Below the pieces are notes generated by a model. That model saw only the letters and a list, made by a program, of their open reading frames with translations, was not told the origin of the DNA and made no database searches. Of a DNA stretch of 64,000 nucleotides, positions 57,858-64,000 are shown piece after piece. Each line of letters opens with the position of its first letter. Position 1 is the first letter of the stretch. Source of the stretch: an uncultured Anaerolineales bacterium. Its GTDB lineage: Bacteria > Chloroflexota > Anaerolineae > Anaerolineales > UBA11858. The DNA is taken from positions 5,820-69,819 of the forward strand of contig CAZTWV010000010.1 of assembly GCA_964618295.1 (NCBI GenBank), read 5' to 3'. The translations under genes and the position numbers were made by a program.

Positions 57858-58676
57858 CTATAAGGAGCGAATTCTAGTAATCAAACGGTTGACAAGTGAT
57901 TTTTGTTCATCAGGGCTGTCGACAGGCAGGGTTGGGACCTTAGGACTGGGAGGTTTCTCTCCTTCCGGTCTGACAATATCTACCAAGCCCGCTTGAATCA
58001 AGCTGTAAACAATTCTCCGGAACTCAAGATCGTCCATTTTTGTGGTCTTAGCAATTTGTTTCATTGAGTTTTTGGGATTGATAAATGATACCACCCGCCA
58101 CTCTTTCACACTCAAATTAACATTTCGGATATTCGTTCCTGGATTTTCCGTGAATCTTAGAGCCATATCCAGGCTGGGAATTTCGTCTTGCAGGCGTTCA
58201 TATTCCTGGACTCTTCTTGTCCCTTCAATAATAATGTTTTCCAGACTGATCCGGAGGGATATTTTGTCTGCTGGTGGGGTCAGATTATTTTCAAATTGAA
58301 ACATACCTTCAGACCAGGTAAACAAGTCGTTGGTAGTTTGAACAAATTCATTTTTCAAACTTTCTAGTATCTCACCCTGGGTGACATAGTTAGAATTGAT
58401 CAGCATTAATCCTAATTCTTTGTCTCCAATTTCCCCGGCTTTATCTCGGATCACTTTAAATTGTTTTTGTGAAATTTTTTCTGATCGAAGAAGGACTGCT
58501 GCCAGTCCGTTTTCTGATTTAGAGTTTTGAGCATAGCTCAATTTTCCTTGATCAAAAAATATGCTGGCAGATTTTTCAGGCCCGCTAACATCCAGGTTGC
58601 CTGTTTTTTTTGCCAGACTGATCAGGTTGAGAAGTTGAGAAAATGAAAAATCTCTTAGATTGCCTTTTAAAGACAT
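57858..58676 (-). CDS. DUF4388 (PATAN-like) domain protein
   Basis: LKGNLRDFS..QLL.LI...KKTG.L, IFF..G....A and W.EG.F.F motifs; C-terminal wHTH-like segment (..Y.LI.AGLV). Confidence 0.85.
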   Translation of the reverse strand: MSLKGNLRDFSFSQLLNLISLAKKTGNLDVSGPEKSASIFFDQGKLSYAQNSKSENGLAAVLLRSEKISQKQFKVIRDKAGEIGDKELGLMLINSNYVTQGEILESLKNEFVQTTNDLFTWSEGMFQFENNLTPPADKISLRISLENIIIEGTRRVQEYERLQDEIPSLDMALRFTENPGTNIRNVNLSVKEWRVVSFINPKNSMKQIAKTTKMDDLEFRRIVYSLIQAGLVDIVRPEGEKPPSPKVPTLPVDSPDEQKSLVNRLITRIRSL

Positions 58677-58707
58677 TAATGCCCCGGTTGGTTTGAATTC
58701 CTATCGG

Positions 58708-58736
58708 ATTATACAATTATCACTGATTCCCGTCAA
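58708..58736 (-). promoter_or_regulatory. Sigma70-type promoter of DUF4388-GTPase
   Basis: Minus strand TTGACG-17 bp-TATAAT. Confidence 0.65.
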
Positions 58737-58827
58737 ATCAAACAAGACTTCCTTACAGAATCATCAAGCAAAAGAATTTGGTACTGAATAATTATCAGTG
58801 TTATTTTTTAACCTTTTGCCGGATATC

Positions 58828-58856
58828 TTGACATGAGCCTCTATCCTGTTTATAAT
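58828..58856 (+). promoter_or_regulatory. Consensus sigma70 promoter of tRNA-Asn
   Basis: TTGACA-17 bp-TATAAT. Confidence 0.85.
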
Positions 58857-58872
58857 CTTGCCGCAATAAAAT

Positions 58873-58944
58873 TCCCCGGTAGCTCAATGGCAGAGCGGTC
58901 GGCTGTTAACCGATAGGTTGCAGGTTCGAATCCCGCCCGGGGAG
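58873..58944 (+). tRNA. tRNA-Asn(GTT)
   Basis: Acceptor stem TCCCCGG/CCGGGGA, D arm GCTC..GAGC, anticodon GTT at 58905-58907, TTCGAAT T-loop, discriminator G; CCA not encoded. Confidence 0.97.
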
Positions 58945-58948
58945 CTCT

Positions 58949-58977
58949 AACACCTCTCAATCGAGGGGTGTTTTTTG
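58949..58977 (+). terminator. Intrinsic terminator after tRNA-Asn
   Basis: AACACCTCTC-AATC-GAGGGGTGTT followed by a T run. Confidence 0.8.
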
Positions 58978-58984
58978 TTATCAG

Positions 58985-60307
58985 CTAGTTATTCTTTAAT
59001 TCGCGAACAGCTTCTCTGCTCCGGATGAAAAGCCAGCCAGCCTGGGTAATCATCCCCGCGGAAAATCCCATGATACCAATGATGATACCTGGGCTGGATT
59101 CCAGAAGAATACCAGCTGCATAAATCGAAATCGTGACCAGTAAGAATACAATCACAGCTTCGGGGATACCTCTCGTGCGGTTTGAGTAGACAATCAAACC
59201 CTGAAACCAACTTTGAAGACTGTTCGCACCAGGGACTAACAAACCCAGCATTAGAGCGGTTTTGCCGGGCTCAATCAAATATTCTGGAAGAGCAGAGACT
59301 GTTTTCAGCCAAAAATCCGAGACAGGGGATAACGCGATCAATCCAGTTACAAAGGTTGTGGAAATTACCAGGCCGCCTGCAAATCTTTGAAGTTTAGGAA
59401 AGGATTTATGTTTTTCGATTAAAGAAACAACAACTTCATTGTACGCAACACCAGGAGATCTTAGCATAAATAGCAAACCAGAAAGCACTGGCCAGAGAGC
59501 TAATGAACTCAAGGGGTCTGGCATTCTGGATAAAGCTGAACTGATTAATGGTTGGGAGAGCAGCGTGATTAAAGAAGTCAGCGCCAGTGGAATGTAAAAA
59601 TTTAAAAAAGCTTTCCGGGTCAATTCCGGTTGAATTTCAGGTTCAAAAACTAGTTTGTTCTGGATCACAGGTTTAGATAACAGGCCAATAAATATTGCCT
59701 CAGCAGCTACTCCACTGGAAATTGCAATTGTTGCGATTACAATCCCGGGCAGGGCTTTGGAGTAATAGCCCGCCAGCAGAATAAGCAAATCCACACCCAG
59801 CCTGACAAAAGTACCGACGCTGACGATCCCTGTTTTTTGATAACGAATTAAAACTCCTTGATGAAATCTGCGATAAGCAACGGACCAGGTCCAGGGAAGC
59901 ATGATAGCAAGACCGATCCGTCCGGGACCAATAATCTCAGCTGGGGCTCCGATAATTCTCTCAGCAAGCAGAGTATATAGTGGAGTGGAAACAATCAGGA
60001 GGTGAATTAGAGTCAGCGTGCCAGATAATAAGTGCATGAACTTCCTGATTTTGAGAAAGGACCGGTAATCTTTGCTCAGGGCGGTAGATGCGGCCAAAAG
60101 CATAATGATGGGTGCTTCTATGATCAAGGCTAAAGGAAACACGATACCGCCGTAGGCAGCAAGGCTGATTTCTGGATTTTCCATTCGAGCAATTACAGCA
60201 CTGATAGCAGGAAGCTCAAGTGCCATGAAAAACCAGCTTAGGGCAAGCGGCCACCAGGTGCTAAGGATATTCCTGTAAGTCAGTGGAGCTTTGTTATTCC
60301 TGTTCAT
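58985..60307 (-). CDS. MATE/MOP-fold (ANKH-like) membrane transporter
   Basis: Two-fold internal repeat (WWPLALSW...ISAVIARM..PE.SLA and YIPLALTS...ISSALSRM..P..SLA); about 12 TMs; ATG 60307. Confidence 0.65.
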   Translation of the reverse strand: MNRNNKAPLTYRNILSTWWPLALSWFFMALELPAISAVIARMENPEISLAAYGGIVFPLALIIEAPIIMLLAASTALSKDYRSFLKIRKFMHLLSGTLTLIHLLIVSTPLYTLLAERIIGAPAEIIGPGRIGLAIMLPWTWSVAYRRFHQGVLIRYQKTGIVSVGTFVRLGVDLLILLAGYYSKALPGIVIATIAISSGVAAEAIFIGLLSKPVIQNKLVFEPEIQPELTRKAFLNFYIPLALTSLITLLSQPLISSALSRMPDPLSSLALWPVLSGLLFMLRSPGVAYNEVVVSLIEKHKSFPKLQRFAGGLVISTTFVTGLIALSPVSDFWLKTVSALPEYLIEPGKTALMLGLLVPGANSLQSWFQGLIVYSNRTRGIPEAVIVFLLVTISIYAAGILLESSPGIIIGIMGFSAGMITQAGWLFIRSREAVRELKNN

Positions 60308-61458
60308 CCGCTGATTTTGGAAGCAAATATATGGCGAAGATAGATAGGATGGCAGCAGCTGCGGACCAGAGATAAGCTGTCCGCAACCCGGCTTGATCGC
60401 CAATAAAACCAACCAGAACAAGCATGAGGGCGTTCGATAAAAAACTGATCAGCATATAGACCCCATTGCTGGTCGCCCTATGCCCCTGGAAATTGTCTTG
60501 GACTAAGGCCAGAAAGAGTGATCCTGTAGAGCGGCTGAAGAAACCGAAAATAAGCAATAAGGGAATCACCAACCAACCTGAGATGTTTAGAAAAATAATC
60601 AGAGCTGCAGCTGACAAAAACATCGATCCACCAATAGTTGGCTTTCTGCCAAGGCGGTCGCTCAAAGGACCCAAAACGAGTCCACCGGCTACACCTGAAA
60701 ATTCAACAGCTGAAAGAGCGGCACCGGCTAAAGCAAGGGATGATCCCGTTTGCACTAGAAAGGTGGGGAGATATGTATTAGTTGCGGCCAGAATAAAGCT
60801 TCTTAATAAAAGAACCAGAGCTAGTGGAAGAAAAAAAGCTTTAAATTGGGGCAGTGAATTTCGCAATGATGTCCGAACTTGCGGTTCAAAATCAACCCCT
60901 TTTAGTTGAAAGTAAAGTAATGCAGAGGCTGCCCAGCCAAATATCATCAGCCTGTAGATTCCGGACAGACCCCATTGGGAAAGAGCCCAGACAACGACCA
61001 GGGGGCTCAGGGTTCGCCCCAGGCCTCCTCCGGCCATGAACAAACTCATCGCAAACCCTGTTTTTTTTCTCGGCTGACTTTCCAATAACAGCTGGGGAGG
61101 CAGCATGGAGGGAAGCAGAACTAATCCCAGCAAGCAATAGAAGCAGGGCCAAAATCGCAGGACTGTATGTTCTACCAAGCAAGCTCATCAAGGTTGCTGT
61201 CACTGCTGGTGAAAAAATGATGAAGTATCGGGCACCTTTTTTATCTGCGAGATAACCAAAGAAAGGGTTTAACACAGAGGGTATTTGCAGCATGGTTGAT
61301 AGAAAACCAGCTGTAGTTAAAGACAGTGATAAATTTTCAATTATTCCAGGTAATAAAGGAGCAAGAAAGGCTGTGTAAAAATCGTGAAACATATGCCCGC
61401 CAGCAATGGGCAAAATTTCTTTGTAATGGTGAAATTTGTTTTGTTTTGAGGTTTTCAT
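60294..61458 (-). pseudogene. Fsr-like MFS transporter split by an extra base in an A8 run
   Basis: N-half (HDFY..FLAPLLP, GYLADKKG, HAASPA) ends at KSAEKK. The C-half (TGFAMSLFMAGG.LG, GPLSDRLGRK) is in another frame. A7 instead of A8 at 61061-61068 fuses them. Confidence 0.8.
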
Positions 61459-61599
61459 AAAGTCTCCACGTCGCACTATACCCTAATGATCGGAAACAAG
61501 CAAGTCTGGGTCAGGGAGCGATCAGCGGAAAAATGAGCACAAGAATATGGTAGGATACGGCAAGGAAAAAATGATCCGATCTAAGCAGAGGAAAATGGA

Positions 61600-61914
61600 A
61601 TGGCGAAATCTGAAATATTTGCAGGGGTTTGTGGATTCAGCACTCGTGTTGAGGCTGTAAAAAACGAGGATTATTCTGTGATGCTCAAGATTGCATCAGA
61701 GTGTAAAGATATCCAGAAACTGGCCGAGGAAATTCCGGAGGTAAATGTTTTTGAGCAAATATCTTTTCGAAGAGGAGTGCCTACAGTATTGGAAAAGGCT
61801 CAAAAATATTGTTCGCACGCCTCATGTCCTGTCCCTGCAGGCATCATCAAGACGGTAGAAGTTGCAGCAGGATTGGCTTTACCTGCTGACGTGAGTATCC
61901 GGATAGAAAAATGA
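61600..61914 (+). CDS. Small Cys-rich protein (DUF6951-like), putative metal binding
   Basis: GVCGF, SEC..I and C.HASCPVP.G..K..EVA.GLALP motifs. Confidence 0.65.
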   Translation: MAKSEIFAGVCGFSTRVEAVKNEDYSVMLKIASECKDIQKLAEEIPEVNVFEQISFRRGVPTVLEKAQKYCSHASCPVPAGIIKTVEVAAGLALPADVSIRIEK

Positions 61915-61947
61915 GGGCAATTAATTAGCTGCGAGAAGTTTTATTGA

Positions 61948-63459
61948 TCAATCGTCATTAAGGTCGACTTCAAAGATTCTGACCGGACGTTTCCGCCCCT
62001 TGACAATGATTGAATCCAGCTTGGTCATCTTGTATTTACTGGATGCTTCGTTATAAATTTCTTCACCAACTACCAGCCGATTAGGCCTTGCAAATGGAAG
62101 CATCCCGTTTGCAACGTTGACCAGATCTCCCAGGACTGTGAACTCAACCCTCTGGCTTGTCCCGACATATCCAACAACAGCTTTGCCTGCTTTAACACTT
62201 AATCTGAGATGGATTGGTTGTTCAAATTCGCTGGATAATTCCCCCATTTGATTCAGGATCGCTTCTCCGGACTCAACTGCTTTAATTTTGTGGTTGGTGT
62301 CGTCATCAGACATTCCGAATACAGCCATAACACCATCTCCAAGATAACGGACGACTCCTCCGTGTCCGAAGATAATATCAGTGACTACAAGATAATAATT
62401 GTTTAGCAGTTTACCAAAGTCCTTGGCGCCCATTTTTTCAGCAAGAGCAGTTGAGTCAGTGATATCTGTAAACAGTACGGAAATTTGCCTTTCTTTCAAA
62501 CCTGGAAGAGTTCCATGCAGATCATAATCACGGAGCACATAATCAACTTCCTGAGGGGAAACAAAACGCTGGAACATTTGTCGTAAGCTTTGCTCCTGCT
62601 GGATTTTGTTCAGGAGCCCAACACGCTGAATGGTGAGCGATGCTTGATGACTGATTGCGATTGCGACCTGAAGATCCGTATGTGTAAAGGGCCTGGAATC
62701 AGGACTGGATTTGTACATGTAGATCAATCCAATTACCTCGGCCTCGGACATGATCGGAACGCAGAGAGCGGACCGGATCTTAAGCAGAGTTGCGCTTTCA
62801 CTTTCCGAACGAACATTGCTCTGGGCCATATCCGGGATTACTACCGAGGATTTTTCAAGGATTGCTGATTTTGCTATGGTAGCAGGGAACCCGAGCTTTT
62901 CCATTCTTTCAAATTGTTCTGCAAGGATCACTTTGCACTTATCTGCCCCCATTGCCTGTTTCATCAGATTGGCGACCTCTTCAAGACAGTCCTGGAGATT
63001 CATCACGGTATTTAATCGTTCTGAGATTTGATACATTAAGACAGTGTGGTGATCTAGAGCTTCTAGGAGTCGCTCCCGGGTAAATTTTTGAGGGCCTTTG
63101 ACAGTGTCCAATGGTTCGTCGGTTCCCCGGATCACTACGTTGATAGTCGAGCTTCCAATCCGGATCATGTCCAGATGCTGGAGGCGGTAGGTATAAGAAA
63201 GTCTGCGGCGGTTTATGTAGGTTCCGTTCGTGCTGGAAAGATCCTGCAGAAGAGCTGTATCGGTGCTGCGGTTGTAATCAATTCTTGCGTGGTGTCTTGA
63301 GGCAGAAGGCTCTGCGATCACGATATCATTATTGGGATGTCTACCAATAGTATTTCCGCCTGGCTTGAGGGTGTATTTTTGGGGCTCTTTACCTGGAACA
63401 CGGATTGTCAGCAGCCACATGAATTTCTCCCTAACCGTGGTTAGCTTTTGTGAATTCAA
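61948..63459 (-). CDS. FHA-GAF-class III nucleotide cyclase protein
   Basis: FHA: IGR...NDI......SRHHA...DL.STNGT. GAF: IRSALCVPI....VIG.IY. Cyclase: VLFTDI.DST, GDGVMAVFG, FTVLGD.VN.A. Start may be ATG 63420. Confidence 0.88.
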   Translation of the reverse strand: MNSQKLTTVREKFMWLLTIRVPGKEPQKYTLKPGGNTIGRHPNNDIVIAEPSASRHHARIDYNRSTDTALLQDLSSTNGTYINRRRLSYTYRLQHLDMIRIGSSTINVVIRGTDEPLDTVKGPQKFTRERLLEALDHHTVLMYQISERLNTVMNLQDCLEEVANLMKQAMGADKCKVILAEQFERMEKLGFPATIAKSAILEKSSVVIPDMAQSNVRSESESATLLKIRSALCVPIMSEAEVIGLIYMYKSSPDSRPFTHTDLQVAIAISHQASLTIQRVGLLNKIQQEQSLRQMFQRFVSPQEVDYVLRDYDLHGTLPGLKERQISVLFTDITDSTALAEKMGAKDFGKLLNNYYLVVTDIIFGHGGVVRYLGDGVMAVFGMSDDDTNHKIKAVESGEAILNQMGELSSEFEQPIHLRLSVKAGKAVVGYVGTSQRVEFTVLGDLVNVANGMLPFARPNRLVVGEEIYNEASSKYKMTKLDSIIVKGRKRPVRIFEVDLNDD

Positions 63460-63503
63460 AATTTATTATAACGCAGTAAAAAACAAAATAGGGAAAATCT
63501 TTA

Positions 63504-63779
63504 TCAGCTGAAGATTTGTTCGAAATGTTCAACGTCTAAAACAAGAATAGTTGCACTTCTTTTGAGAGGGTGAACTGATGGAGCGCTTTGATTTCTGATA
63601 AGTTCCATAACCGAATCAACTTTGCGTTCCGGACAGCCTATGATTAATGTGCTGTTTCCCTCGCGGAGAAAACCGCCTGAGGAGTCTATCTTTGTAACTT
63701 GATAGTTTTTTTGGTGGAGTACCTCCATGGTGTTTTGGGCGTCGGCCTCCGTTATGATCGCTACTACCATTTTCATCAT
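63504..63779 (-). CDS. PII-like cyclic-di-AMP receptor (PstA/DarA, DUF970) homolog
   Basis: MK..VAII...D, VTKIDSSGGFLREGNSTLIIG and AT..VL.VE.F motifs match DarA/PstA. Confidence 0.85.
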   Translation of the reverse strand: MMKMVVAIITEADAQNTMEVLHQKNYQVTKIDSSGGFLREGNSTLIIGCPERKVDSVMELIRNQSAPSVHPLKRSATILVLDVEHFEQIFS

Positions 63780-63792
63780 GATTGAATCCCTG

Positions 63793-64000
63793 CTATATTT
63801 GATCAAAACCTAGAGTGTCAAGTACATAGATCGTCGCTTCTAATTTTTTATCACTGGATTCCTGAGGTGCGTGAAAATGAGACCGAATGATTTCAAGTGC
63901 GGATTGGACTAATTCGTCCGCTAAACCGATCATAAGTGTTGTTGTTCCGCCTCCAAAGAAACCAGCTGTTGAGGCAAATTTTGTAACCCGATATCCGTTC
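63793..64000 (-). CDS. Second PstA/DarA-like protein (5' end outside the window)
   Basis: Not in the ORF track; reads NGYRVTKFASTAGFFGGGTTTLMIGL...ALEIIR...EATIYVLDTLGFDQI* with TAG at 63795-63793. Confidence 0.8.
   Translation of the reverse strand, partial: NGYRVTKFASTAGFFGGGTTTLMIGLADELVQSALEIIRSHFHAPQESSDKKLEATIYVLDTLGFDQI

Noticed and set aside
58873-59100. tRNA-Asn as an integration site for a genomic island
   Set aside because: No integrase nearby and no duplicated tRNA 3' end noticed in the window.
60308-60421. Long N-terminal extension of the MATE-like ORF in the track
   Set aside because: It lies inside the MFS C-terminal coding region; ATG 60307 gives a normal short overlap.

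Overview
Gene-dense bacterial chromosomal segment, most likely Chloroflexota class Anaerolineae. This is inferred from gene content (monoderm-type Tad locus without a secretin, roadblock/V4R/MglA-like GTPase/DUF4388 set, TPR plus acidic PxWL-repeat protein), not from a marker gene. No CRISPR array, rRNA, transposase or phage genes were recognised. Order of contents: (1) a >1200-aa TPR plus acidic low-complexity protein missing from the ORF track, running off the left edge; (2) nine consecutive predicted GT-C-fold membrane glycosyltransferases, including an O-antigen-ligase/O-OTase-TPR protein; (3) DegS-like kinase, flp, cpaB, cpaE, tadA, tadB, tadC, comF, hpf; (4) folE facing folK-folB-pteridine reductase; (5) a redox/copper region containing an unannotated selenoprotein (W-UGA-P-T-C with a SECIS-like hairpin), copZ-copA, ino1, a Tat L,D-transpeptidase and ccdA; (6) pgeF-yggS-yggT-DUF167; (7) a NACHT-HEAT protein and a Zn-ribbon protein; (8) a duplicated two-gene GT-C/YfhO module; (9) MFS, alaX, menA and a serine-palmitoyltransferase-like enzyme; (10) roadblock-V4R-polyprenol-P-mannose synthase converging on DUF4388-small GTPase; (11) tRNA-Asn; (12) a MATE/ANKH-like transporter and a frameshifted MFS; (13) two tandem c-di-AMP-receptor (PstA/DarA)-like genes upstream of an FHA-GAF class III cyclase with a degenerate active site. 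Best candidates for undescribed systems are the GT-C glycan assembly array (possibly built on an inositol-sphingolipid anchor), the PstA pair plus cyclase operon, and the roadblock/V4R/GTPase module. All family calls come from motif recognition by eye, with no database searches.
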